Shown: one piece after another, positions 54,689 through 64,000 of the stretch
Numbering within the stretch: position 1 is the stretch's first letter
Layout: the number at the start of each line of letters is the position of its first letter
Source of the DNA: Elusimicrobiota bacterium
GTDB lineage: Bacteria > Elusimicrobiota > Elusimicrobia > UBA1565 > UBA9628
Assembly: GCA_036676805.1 (NCBI GenBank)
Contig: JAKFCD010000110.1
Coordinates: 66,378-130,377 of the forward strand
Length of the DNA: 64,000 nt
Direction of reading: 5' to 3'
Program-made: the position numbers and the translations under genes
Notes under the pieces: generated by a model
Database searches by the model: none
Told to the model about the DNA's origin: nothing
What the model saw: only the letters and a program-made list of their open reading frames with translations

Positions 54689-55846
54689 GTGGAACCCATG
54701 GACTTCGAGCTCTCGGAGACGGCGAAGGAGGCGCAGGGCGCCGCGCGCGCCTTCGCCGAGCGCCTCAAGCCCCTGGCCGGCGAGTGGGAGGAGGCGGAGG
54801 CCATCCCCGAGGAGTTTCTGCGCGAGGGCGGGCGCCTGGGCTTCTTCGGCCTGATGGTGGCCGAGGAGCACGGCGGCCTCGGCCTCGACGCTCTGAGCTA
54901 CGCCGTCGCCATGGAGGAGCTCGCCCGGGCCAACGCCAGCTACCAGGGCTGCCTGAGCATCCACAACTCCTTGGTGTGCGCGGCCGTGCAGCGCTTCGGC
55001 ACGCCCGAGCAGAAAAGCCGCTGGCTGCCCAAGCTCTCCGCCGGCGAGATCATCGGCGCCTACAGCCTCTCCGAGCCCGGGGCCGGCAGCGACGCCGGCT
55101 CCATCCGCACGTCGGCCGTCCCCGACGGGGACGATTTCGTCATCGACGGGACGAAGTGCTGGGTCAGCAACGGCGGCATCGCCGGCCTCTTCGTCCTCTT
55201 CGTCTCCACCAGCCCGGCCAGCGCCAGCCGGGGGATCACCTGCTTTCTCGTCGAGAAAGGGCTGCCGGGCTTCATCGTCGGGCGCAAGGAGAAGAAGATG
55301 GGCCTGAGGGCCTCCGATACGCGCGAGCTGACCTTCAAGGGCTGCCGCGTCCCGCGCTCGGCGATCCTGGGGTCCCTCAACGGGGGATTTAAGATCGCGA
55401 TGAGCCTGCTCGACGGCGGCCGCGTCGGCATCGGCGCCCAGGCGGTCGGCATCGCCCAAGCCGCCCTCGAGGAGACGGTCTCCTACGCGAAGGCCCGCAA
55501 GCAGTTCGGCAGGAGCATCTCCGAGTTCCAGCTCGTCCAGGCCAAGCTCGCGGACATGGCCGTGGGGGTCGACGCCGCGCGCCTGCTGGTCCGGCGCGCG
55601 GCCGCGCTGCTGGCTGCCGGCAGGCGCTGCACGAAGGAGGCGTCCATGGCCAAGCTGTTCGCCACCGTCACGGCCAACCGCGTCGCCTACGACGCGGTGC
55701 AGATTCACGGAGGAAATGGATTCGTGCGCGAGTTCCCGGTGGAGCGCTATTACCGGGACGCGCGTGCCGGCGAGATCTACGAGGGCACCTCGGAGATACA
55801 GCGCATGATCATCGCGCGCGAGGTCCTGCGCGAGAGGGACGCATGA
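54689..55846 (+). CDS. acyl-CoA dehydrogenase
   Basis: Full ACAD architecture. C-terminal 'QIHGGNGFVREFPVERYYRDARAGEIYEGTSEIQR'. Confidence 0.9.
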   Translation: MEPMDFELSETAKEAQGAARAFAERLKPLAGEWEEAEAIPEEFLREGGRLGFFGLMVAEEHGGLGLDALSYAVAMEELARANASYQGCLSIHNSLVCAAVQRFGTPEQKSRWLPKLSAGEIIGAYSLSEPGAGSDAGSIRTSAVPDGDDFVIDGTKCWVSNGGIAGLFVLFVSTSPASASRGITCFLVEKGLPGFIVGRKEKKMGLRASDTRELTFKGCRVPRSAILGSLNGGFKIAMSLLDGGRVGIGAQAVGIAQAALEETVSYAKARKQFGRSISEFQLVQAKLADMAVGVDAARLLVRRAAALLAAGRRCTKEASMAKLFATVTANRVAYDAVQIHGGNGFVREFPVERYYRDARAGEIYEGTSEIQRMIIAREVLRERDA

Positions 55847-56889
55847 GAGTTCCCCTTCCCGGACGCCCCCTCGGCGGCTTGCGCGGCCCCTGCGCGGGCT
55901 TCGAGAATCTCAAGGTCCTCGACTTCACGAAGCTCCTTCCCGGCCCCTACGCGACCCAGGTCCTCGCCGACCTCGGCTGCCGCGTGACCAAGGTCGAGCT
56001 GCCGCATTTCCCCGACGAGGCCCGCGGGATGCCTCCGCTGATCGACGGCGTCGGCGCGGTGTTCCGCATGGTCAACGAAGGCAAGGAGCTGCTCTCCGCG
56101 GACTTCCGCAAGCCCGAGGGCCTCGAGCGCGTGCGCGCGCTCGCCGCGGAGGCCGACGTCGTCATCGAGGGCTTCCGCCCCGGCCTGATGGACCGCTGCG
56201 GACTGGGTCCGGCCGAGCTCATGGCCGCCAATCCGCGCCTGATCTACTGCTCCCTGACCGGCTATCCCGACCAGGGGCCGTGGCGGCGCAAGGCCGGGCA
56301 CGACCTGAACTTCCTCGCCGTCAGCGGCCTGCTCGGCCTGATGCCCGCTCCAAGCGTGCTCCCGACCCAGGCCGCCGACCTAAGCGGCAGCCTCGCCGCG
56401 GTCGCCGCGGTGCTCGCCGCGCTCGTCGAGCGAGGAACGACGGGAAAGGGCAAGCGCGTCACCATCTCCATGGCCGAGACCGCCCACTCCCTCCTGCCCG
56501 TCCCCCTCGCCGAGTCGCTCGCCGAGGGCAAGGACCCTCAAGGCCCGCGCTGGTGGAACGGCGCCCACCCCTTCTACCGCCTCTACGAGACGTCCGACGG
56601 CCGGCGTCTGGCGGTCGCCGCCCTCGAGAAGCCCTTCGCGCTGTCTTTGCTCGACGCGCTCGGCCTCCAGGACCTGCGCGGGCTGGCCGACGCCCCCTTG
56701 GCCCACGCGGAGAAGCTGACGGCGGAGCTGTCCCGAGTCCTGCGCGGGGCGACGGCGGCCGAGTGGGAAGACCGGCTCAAGGACAAGGACGTGTGCGTCA
56801 CGAAGGTGCTGGGGCTCGGCGAGGCCCGCGCCTTCATGGACGAGCTGCGCGCGCCGGCCCCCGAATCCAGACCCAGGAGGAAGCTATGA
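55843..56889 (+). CDS. CoA-transferase family III (CaiB/BaiF-like)
   Basis: '[30 protein letters not shown]' N-terminus typical of family III CoA-transferases. Confidence 0.8.
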   Translation: MRVPLPGRPLGGLRGPCAGFENLKVLDFTKLLPGPYATQVLADLGCRVTKVELPHFPDEARGMPPLIDGVGAVFRMVNEGKELLSADFRKPEGLERVRALAAEADVVIEGFRPGLMDRCGLGPAELMAANPRLIYCSLTGYPDQGPWRRKAGHDLNFLAVSGLLGLMPAPSVLPTQAADLSGSLAAVAAVLAALVERGTTGKGKRVTISMAETAHSLLPVPLAESLAEGKDPQGPRWWNGAHPFYRLYETSDGRRLAVAALEKPFALSLLDALGLQDLRGLADAPLAHAEKLTAELSRVLRGATAAEWEDRLKDKDVCVTKVLGLGEARAFMDELRAPAPESRPRRKL

Positions 56890-57626
56890 GGCTCAAGGAC
56901 AAGGTCGCGATCGTCACCGGAGGGGCGCAGGGCATCGGCCTGGCCACCGCCGAGCTGTTCGTCTCCGAGGGCGCGCGCGTCGCGATCGTGGACGTCGACG
57001 CCGCCAAGGCCCAGGCCGCGGCTCTGGCGCTCGACGCCGGGCGGGACGCGTGCCTCGGCCTCGCCTGCGACGTCACCAAATACGACGACTGCGAGGGCGT
57101 GGTCAAGGCCGTGACCGCGAAGTGGGGCAAGCTCGACATATTGGTCAACAACGCGGGCATCACCAAGGACAACCTCGTGATGAGGATCTCCGAGGCCGAC
57201 TGGGACCTCGTGCTGAACGTGAACCTCAAGGGGACCTTCAACTTCACCAAGGCCGCGATCCGTCCGATGATGAAGGCCCGCTGCGGCAAGATCGTCAACC
57301 TGAGCTCCGTCGTCGGCCTGGAGGGCGCCGCCGGGCAGGCCAACTACGCCGCCTCGAAGGGCGGCGTGATCGCGATGACGAAGTCCATCGCCCGCGAGTT
57401 CGCCTCGCGCGGCATCAACGCCAACGCCGTCGCTCCCGGCTTCATCCGCACCCGGCTGACCGACGCGATCCCCGAGGACGCCAAGAAGAAGCTGCTCGAG
57501 CGCATACTCCTGGGGCGCGTGGGCGAGCCGCTCGATATCGCGCGGGCGGTCCTTTTCCTATCGTCGGACGAGGCCTCCTACATCACCGGCCACGTCCTGA
57601 GCGTCAACGGCGGGGTGTACATGTGA
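56886..57626 (+). CDS. SDR family 3-oxoacyl reductase (FabG-like)
   Basis: 'VTGGAQGIG', 'NNAG', 'YAASKGG' SDR motifs. Confidence 0.85.
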   Translation: MRLKDKVAIVTGGAQGIGLATAELFVSEGARVAIVDVDAAKAQAAALALDAGRDACLGLACDVTKYDDCEGVVKAVTAKWGKLDILVNNAGITKDNLVMRISEADWDLVLNVNLKGTFNFTKAAIRPMMKARCGKIVNLSSVVGLEGAAGQANYAASKGGVIAMTKSIAREFASRGINANAVAPGFIRTRLTDAIPEDAKKKLLERILLGRVGEPLDIARAVLFLSSDEASYITGHVLSVNGGVYM

Positions 57627-57955
57627 TGGATTACCAGCTGACCGAGGAGCAGACGGAGATGCAGGCGGCCGCCCGACAGGCCGCCCTGAAATGCTTCAAG
57701 CCCGCGCGCGAGCGCTGCGACGAGAAAGGCGAGTTCCCCTGGGACGTCGTGCGCGAGGTCGCCAAGGCCGAGGTGGCCGACGCCTGCGTGCAGATGTGCG
57801 GCGGCATCGGGTATATGAGGGATTTCCCGGTGGAAAAGTACATGCGCGACGCGAAGATCACCCAGATCTACGAGGGCACCAACCAGATCCAGCGCAACGA
57901 GATCGCGATGATGATGATCAAGGAGCTGGCTTCGGCGGAGAAGGCCGCTTCTTAA
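57626..57955 (+). pseudogene. acyl-CoA dehydrogenase remnant: N-terminal ~50 aa joined in frame to C-terminal ~60 aa (internal deletion)
   Basis: '[18 protein letters not shown]...[13 protein letters not shown]' joins directly to '[39 protein letters not shown]'. Compare with the full-length paralog at 54689-55846. Confidence 0.45.
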
Positions 57956-57968
57956 AGGAGAGAGCACC

Positions 57969-59321
57969 ATGTTCGCCGAATCGAAGAAGATCGTCCTGTG
58001 CGGAGGCGCGCGCACGCCGATCGGGCACATCGCGCGCTCGCTGTCGGCCCTGAGGCCCGAGGAGCTCCTCGTCCAGGCCCTGACCGCCGTCTTCGAGCGG
58101 ACCAAGCTGCCCAAGGACGCCGTCGACGGGCTCGTCGCCGGCTGGGTCGGCCAGGCTTTCAACGCGCCGAACATCGCCCGCGTGGCCGCGCTGCGCGTGG
58201 GCCTGCCGGAAAAATCCCAGGCCGTCACCGTGCAGAACAACTGCGTCTCCTCCATCGAGGCCGTCTCCGCCGCCGCGCGCTTCATCCTGGCCGGAGAAGG
58301 CGAGGTTTACCTCGCCTGCGGCACGGAGTCCATGTCGCGCCTGCCCTATTCCATCGACGGCACGCGCTCGGCCAAGCCCCTGCGCAGCATGGCCGTGGTG
58401 AAGGAAAAGTGGGCCGAGCTCATCGCGAGCCCGGACGTCGCCGTCCTGGATTCCATCGAGCAGGGCCTCACCGACCCCGTCGCGGGCATCAACATGGCCG
58501 GCTGCGCGGAGGTCAGCGCGCAGATGCACGGCGTGCCGCGCGAGGCTCAGGACGAATACGCGCGCGAGAGCTTCCGCCGCTCCGTCGCCGGCTGGAACTC
58601 CGGCTTTTACGCCGGCCACGTCGTCCCGGTCGCCGGACCCGGCGGGGCGGCGCTCCTCGAGAAGGACGAGTATCCGTTCCTGCGCGAGGACCTGATCGAC
58701 AAGCCGAGGATGTTCGCGAAGGCCGGCGCGTTCTACGACAACGCCGCCTATCCGCTCGCCGACTTCTACCGCGACTTCGGCCGCCACGTCTCCGGCAAGG
58801 AGTACCGCGAGGGCGACAAGGGCACCGTCACCTTGTTCAACTCCTGCGGCCGCTCCGACGGCGCCGCCGCCGTGATCGTGGCGACCGAGGATAAGGCCAA
58901 GGAGCTCGGCCTCGAGATCCTCGCCGAGCTCAAGGGCTGGGGCTATCACGGCAGCAACCCCGCCCACATGGGCACGGCCCCCGCCCTCGCCGCCCCCGTG
59001 GCGCTCGAGCGCGCCGGCGCCGCCTTCGAGGACCTGGACCTCATCGAGCTCCACGAGCCCTTCGCCGCCACCGTGCTGGCCATCTTCAAGGTCGGCCGCG
59101 AGAAGTTCGGCCACGACTGGGAGGCGAAGAACGCGGCCGGCGCCCTCAACCCGCACGGCGGCTCGATCGCGCTCGGCCACCCTCTGGGTGCTACCGGCGT
59201 GCGCCTGCTGCTCAACCTGCTCTACGGCCTCAAGGCCCGGCCGAAGGCGCGCCTGGGCATGATCGCCGCCTGCGCCGGCGGCGGCATGGGCGGGGCGCTG
59301 GTCGTCGAAAAAAGTCGATGA
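57969..59321 (+). CDS. thiolase-like acetyl-CoA C-acyltransferase
   Basis: 'NNCVSSIEAV' (active-site Cys region) and a C-terminal 'NPHGGSIALGHPLGATG' thiolase signature. Confidence 0.8.
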   Translation: MFAESKKIVLCGGARTPIGHIARSLSALRPEELLVQALTAVFERTKLPKDAVDGLVAGWVGQAFNAPNIARVAALRVGLPEKSQAVTVQNNCVSSIEAVSAAARFILAGEGEVYLACGTESMSRLPYSIDGTRSAKPLRSMAVVKEKWAELIASPDVAVLDSIEQGLTDPVAGINMAGCAEVSAQMHGVPREAQDEYARESFRRSVAGWNSGFYAGHVVPVAGPGGAALLEKDEYPFLREDLIDKPRMFAKAGAFYDNAAYPLADFYRDFGRHVSGKEYREGDKGTVTLFNSCGRSDGAAAVIVATEDKAKELGLEILAELKGWGYHGSNPAHMGTAPALAAPVALERAGAAFEDLDLIELHEPFAATVLAIFKVGREKFGHDWEAKNAAGALNPHGGSIALGHPLGATGVRLLLNLLYGLKARPKARLGMIAACAGGGMGGALVVEKSR

Positions 59322-59324
59322 CGC

Positions 59325-59354
59325 TTGACATGGCCGCCGGGCTCAAACTTTACT
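59325..59354 (+). promoter_or_regulatory. candidate sigma70-type promoter for nrfHA (TTGACA-18nt-TTTACT)
   Basis: Read directly in the 50-nt gap upstream of nrfH. Hexamer match only. Confidence 0.25.
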
Positions 59355-59371
59355 AGTCTGGGCGCAGGCCC

Positions 59372-59821
59372 ATGGAGCTCACGACCCGCCGCCTCTTTCT
59401 CGCCTTCGCCGCCGTCTGCGGCGTGTTCCTGGGCTTCGCCGTGTATACCTTCGTCTACGCGCGCGGCTACTCCTACCTCACCGACGACCCGCGCGCCTGC
59501 GCCAACTGCCACGTCATGAACGAGCAGTACGCGGGCTGGGTCAAGGCGCCGCATCGCTCCGTCGCGGTCTGCAACGACTGCCACACCCCGGCGAACCTCG
59601 TCGGGAAATACGCGGTCAAGGCCAAGAACGGCTTCTGGCACTCGTACTACTTCACCACCCAGACCTTCCACGAGCCGATCGCGATCACCGACTTCGACCG
59701 CGATATCGCGCTCGACAACTGCCGCCGCTGCCACGAGCCGATCGTCACGGCGATCGACGGGCCGCACAACAACACGAAAAGGCTCGACTGCCTGCGCTGC
59801 CATCAGGGCGTGGGCCACTGA
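59372..59821 (+). CDS. nrfH: cytochrome c nitrite reductase small subunit NrfH (NapC/NirT family tetraheme)
   Basis: N-terminal TM helix plus four CxxCH motifs (CANCH, CNDCH, CRRCH, CLRCH). Confidence 0.85.
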   Translation: MELTTRRLFLAFAAVCGVFLGFAVYTFVYARGYSYLTDDPRACANCHVMNEQYAGWVKAPHRSVAVCNDCHTPANLVGKYAVKAKNGFWHSYYFTTQTFHEPIAITDFDRDIALDNCRRCHEPIVTAIDGPHNNTKRLDCLRCHQGVGH

Positions 59822-59830
59822 GGAATCGAC

Positions 59831-61231
<1,401 letters not shown>

Positions 61232-61245
61232 AGTAAAATCGACCT

Positions 61246-62103
61246 ATGGATCTGACCGCCCTCGCTTTGGCCTTCGGGACCGCCTGGTCCCCCGTCGCCG
61301 TGACCGTTCCCAAAGGCGTGCCGGTGGGCCCCGTCGCCGCGCGCCCCGTGGGCGCCGTCTTCGACGCCTCCGGCGCCGCCCGCTCCTGGGCCGAGGCCGC
61401 GGCGGCCCTGGCCTCGGCGCGCATCGTCGCGGTGGGCGAGTCGCACGACGACGCCGGGCACCACGCGATCCAAGCCGAGGTCCTCACGGCGCTCGCCGCG
61501 CGCGTGCCCTTGGCCGTCGGCCTCGAGATGGTCGAGGCCGAGGATCAGGCCGTGCTCGACGCGTTCATGTCCGGCGCGACGGCCGAGGCGGACTTCGCCG
61601 TCTGGTGGAAGGCCAACTGGGGCTTCGACTTCGCGCTGTACAAGCCCGTCTTCGACGCCGCCCGCGCCGCCGGCGTCCCGGTGCGCGGGCTCAACGCCCC
61701 GCGCGAGGTGGTCAAGGCCGTCGGCCAAAGGGGCCTCGCGGGCCTGACGCCCGCCGAGCGCGGCCGCATCCCCGCCGTCGTGCTCCAGAGCGCCGACGCC
61801 CGCTACCGCAAGTACGTGCTCGACTCCGTGTCCGGCCACGGCGCCCCGGCCGCGGCGATCCCGCGCATGCTCGAGGCGATGGCCGTCTGGAACGAGACCA
61901 TGGGCGAGAACGCCGCCAAGCTCGCCGCCGAGGGCCGCGTCGTGCTCGTCATCGCGGGCCAGGGCCACGTGTTCTACAAGGCCGGCATCCTCGAGAGCGC
62001 CGCCCGCCGCGGCGCCGGCCCCGCCCAGGTCCTTCTTCCCTGGTCGGACGTCCCCCAGGCCGGCGAGCTCCCGCTCGCCGACTGGTTCCGCGTCGCGCCC
62101 TGA
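61246..62103 (+). CDS. ChaN-like (heme-binding/DUF399-type) protein
   Basis: 'RIVAVGESHDDAGHHAIQAEVLTAL', 'VLVIAGQGHV' resemble the ChaN/Tiki fold. Confidence 0.45.
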   Translation: MDLTALALAFGTAWSPVAVTVPKGVPVGPVAARPVGAVFDASGAARSWAEAAAALASARIVAVGESHDDAGHHAIQAEVLTALAARVPLAVGLEMVEAEDQAVLDAFMSGATAEADFAVWWKANWGFDFALYKPVFDAARAAGVPVRGLNAPREVVKAVGQRGLAGLTPAERGRIPAVVLQSADARYRKYVLDSVSGHGAPAAAIPRMLEAMAVWNETMGENAAKLAAEGRVVLVIAGQGHVFYKAGILESAARRGAGPAQVLLPWSDVPQAGELPLADWFRVAP

Positions 62104-62115
62104 CCTCGCCGTCCA

Positions 62116-62133
62116 ACTGTTTCCGGAAACAGT
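62116..62133. promoter_or_regulatory. perfect 18-bp palindrome ACTGTTTCCGGAAACAGT
   Basis: Read directly, 13 nt after the 62103 stop. Candidate operator/terminator stem. Confidence 0.35.
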
Positions 62134-62157
62134 CGGCGGGCACCCGACCCGGTCACC

Positions 62158-62325
62158 GGCGGCGCCTACCTGCTTCCCTTCGACGGCGACCCGAACTACC
62201 TCGGCGACACGGCCTACCCTCTCAAGACGCTCTACGGGAAGCTCGCCGCCCTCCGGGCCAAGGAGACGATCGTGGCGCTCGACGCCTGCTTCACCGGCGC
62301 CGGAGGCCGCTCTGCGCTGAGCGTC
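62158..62325 (+). pseudogene. possible caspase-like (peptidase C14) C-terminal fragment without start
   Basis: Translation '...KLAALRAKETIVALDACFTGAGG' resembles the catalytic-Cys segment of the caspase domain. No N-terminal half is present. Confidence 0.2.
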
Positions 62326-64000
62326 AGTCCGGGGAAGCCCCGCGCGCCAGGCGCAGCCAGCGCAGCAGGTTGTGCTGGGTGAGCAGGCGGGGACGGCGGC
62401 TCGACGCCGCGCGCGACAGCCGGTCCCGGTAAGCCGCGTCGCTCCACAGGCGGTGCATCGCCGCGGCCGCGGCCATGGGGTCCTTGGGCGCGATGAGCAG
62501 GCCGGTGCGCTCGTGCTCGATCTGCAGCGGGATGCCGCCGGTGAGGCTGCCGATCACCGGCACGCCCTTCATGAGCTCCTCGGTGACCTTGATCTCGAAG
62601 CCCTCGGCGTCGGAAAGCTGCAGCCCGAACAGGGCGCCGCGCGCCACCGCGTCGAGGACCTGGTCGGAGTGCGGCAAGGACGCGGCCTTGATGTCGCCGG
62701 CCCACTCCGGGTACAAGGTTCTCACGGCCTCCAAGGTGCGCAGGAAGACCTCGCCGCCCTCCGCGTCGTCGACCGCGCCGTGGCCGGCGAAGACGAGCTG
62801 GGGCGCGCGCGCGTCGGGCACGCCCTCCCGGCGCAGGCGCTCGCGCAGGAGCGCGTAGCCGGCCAGCACGGTGTCGATGCCCTTGGACGGGTCGAAGCGG
62901 GCGATCTGGACCATATAGGGACGCTCAGGATCGAGCGGAGTCTGGCCCATCGACTCCAGGCGCCGGTCGAAGGCGGCCATGAGGCGCGCGCGCCGGCCTT
63001 CGCTCAGCGGCTTGTTGAGGCCGTCGAGGGCGTCGGTCGTGGCGGGCATGAAGGCGACGATCTCGCGCGGCACCACGGCGGGGACGAACTGCTCGAGGGG
63101 ATGGCTGACGAAGGCGGCCGCGTGGCGTATGTTCTCCCAGAGGAACGCCCACGTGCGGGCCTGCGCCGTGCCGGGGTGATCGGTGAGCTCGGCGCGGACC
63201 TGGATGTGGGAGCGGTACAGGATGCGCGCGGACGGGTTGACCGCGCGGATGAAGGGGATCAGGCCGGAGGGCTGATAGTCGTCGATGACGACCACCGCCG
63301 CGGCGCGCAGCACCGGCTCGAACTTCGCGGTCTGGCGGTCCCACCAGCCCTGCAGGAGCGCCTTGTCGGCCGCGTTAAGCTCCACGCCCTCGGGCGCCAC
63401 GCCCTGAAGGACGTTGTGGATCTTTCGCTTGGTCACCTGGAACACGGCCGGGTCGGGGTCGAGCACGTACCAGCGCGCGTCGACGCCGAGCAGGCGCGCG
63501 AGGCGGACCAAGGCGTGGCGCATGAGGGCCACGCCCCCGCCCTGCGGCGTGGAGCTGAAGAAGGCGATCGGCCCCGGCGCGCGGCGGGCCTCCTCGCGCA
63601 AAGCCTTGAAGTCCTTGGCCGAGACCTGGCGCCGGTAGGGCGACAGGCGGGTCAAAGCGGCGGGGTCCACCTCGCCGTCGGGGCGCGCGCCGACGACGGG
63701 CCAGGCCAGGCCGCCTTGCTCGACGAAGCTCTCCGCCGACGCGCGCGCGGCGGCGGCCGCGTCGGGCGCTCCCGGGACCGGCACCGGCACGGCGTCGTGC
63801 TCGAGCCAGAGCCGCTCCGAGAGCGCCCGCGGCGCGCGGCCGGCGAGGCCGACGCTAGCGATCTCGGCGCTTTGCTCGCGCGACCACGCCGCGAGCCACG
63901 CCAAGGCCTGGCGGTAGGCGCCGCCCTTGGCGGCCGGCACGAAGCGCGAGAAGGAGCGCTCCCCGTCCCGCACCGCGGCCTCGAAGCCGCCCGGGACGAA
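62324..64000 (-). CDS. GT-B glycosyltransferase, family 4-like (N-terminus beyond window end)
   Basis: C-terminal 'EGFEIKVTEELMKGVPVIGSLTGGIPLQIEHERTGLL' EX7E-type motif. ORF is open to the window edge. Confidence 0.55.
   Translation of the reverse strand, partial: FVPGGFEAAVRDGERSFSRFVPAAKGGAYRQALAWLAAWSREQSAEIASVGLAGRAPRALSERLWLEHDAVPVPVPGAPDAAAAARASAESFVEQGGLAWPVVGARPDGEVDPAALTRLSPYRRQVSAKDFKALREEARRAPGPIAFFSSTPQGGGVALMRHALVRLARLLGVDARWYVLDPDPAVFQVTKRKIHNVLQGVAPEGVELNAADKALLQGWWDRQTAKFEPVLRAAAVVVIDDYQPSGLIPFIRAVNPSARILYRSHIQVRAELTDHPGTAQARTWAFLWENIRHAAAFVSHPLEQFVPAVVPREIVAFMPATTDALDGLNKPLSEGRRARLMAAFDRRLESMGQTPLDPERPYMVQIARFDPSKGIDTVLAGYALLRERLRREGVPDARAPQLVFAGHGAVDDAEGGEVFLRTLEAVRTLYPEWAGDIKAASLPHSDQVLDAVARGALFGLQLSDAEGFEIKVTEELMKGVPVIGSLTGGIPLQIEHERTGLLIAPKDPMAAAAAMHRLWSDAAYRDRLSRAASSRRPRLLTQHNLLRWLRLARGASPD

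Overview
High-GC (roughly 65-70%) bacterial chromosomal window. 1-8313 is the distal end of a prophage-like element: the tape-measure C-terminus (open from base 1), two very large tail proteins, and a lysis cassette of holin-like proteins, an amidase_2 endolysin and an Rz-like protein. Downstream lies a co-directional, translationally coupled four-gene cassette (8410-20146) of visibly lower GC, preceded by an AT-rich promoter-like gap. It comprises a Type III R-M Mod (beta-class N6-adenine MTase), a Type III Res (SF2 DEAH helicase with a C-terminal PD-ExK nuclease), a second unrelated N6-adenine MTase with a CxxC zinc-ribbon insertion (DUF1156-like), and a 1421-aa DNA2-like protein (N-terminal RecB-type nuclease, C-terminal SF1B Upf1-like helicase). 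This Type III R-M plus extra MTase plus nuclease-helicase operon is the best candidate for an undescribed defense system. Its last gene overlaps tail-to-tail by 4 nt with a short Xer-type tyrosine recombinase. Next comes a leftward block of small overlapping genes (21040-23291) that encode modular basic, Lys/Ala-rich, putative DNA-binding proteins. The rest is core metabolism. It includes a purine-catabolism cluster (XDH-family Mo enzyme large/2Fe-2S/FAD subunits, XdhC, MocA, guanine-deaminase-like amidohydrolase, HIU hydrolase, OHCU decarboxylase, allantoinase, allantoicase) and a Moco biosynthesis operon (moaA, moaC-mogA fusion, moeA, moaD, moaE). There are also ctaA, dodecin, a CBS protein, a DEAD-box helicase, citrate synthase, a beta-oxidation-like cluster that includes an ACAD remnant with an internal deletion, and nrfHA (cytochrome c nitrite reductase). 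Several striking perfect palindromes sit in intergenic regions. No rRNA, tRNA or CRISPR array was found.
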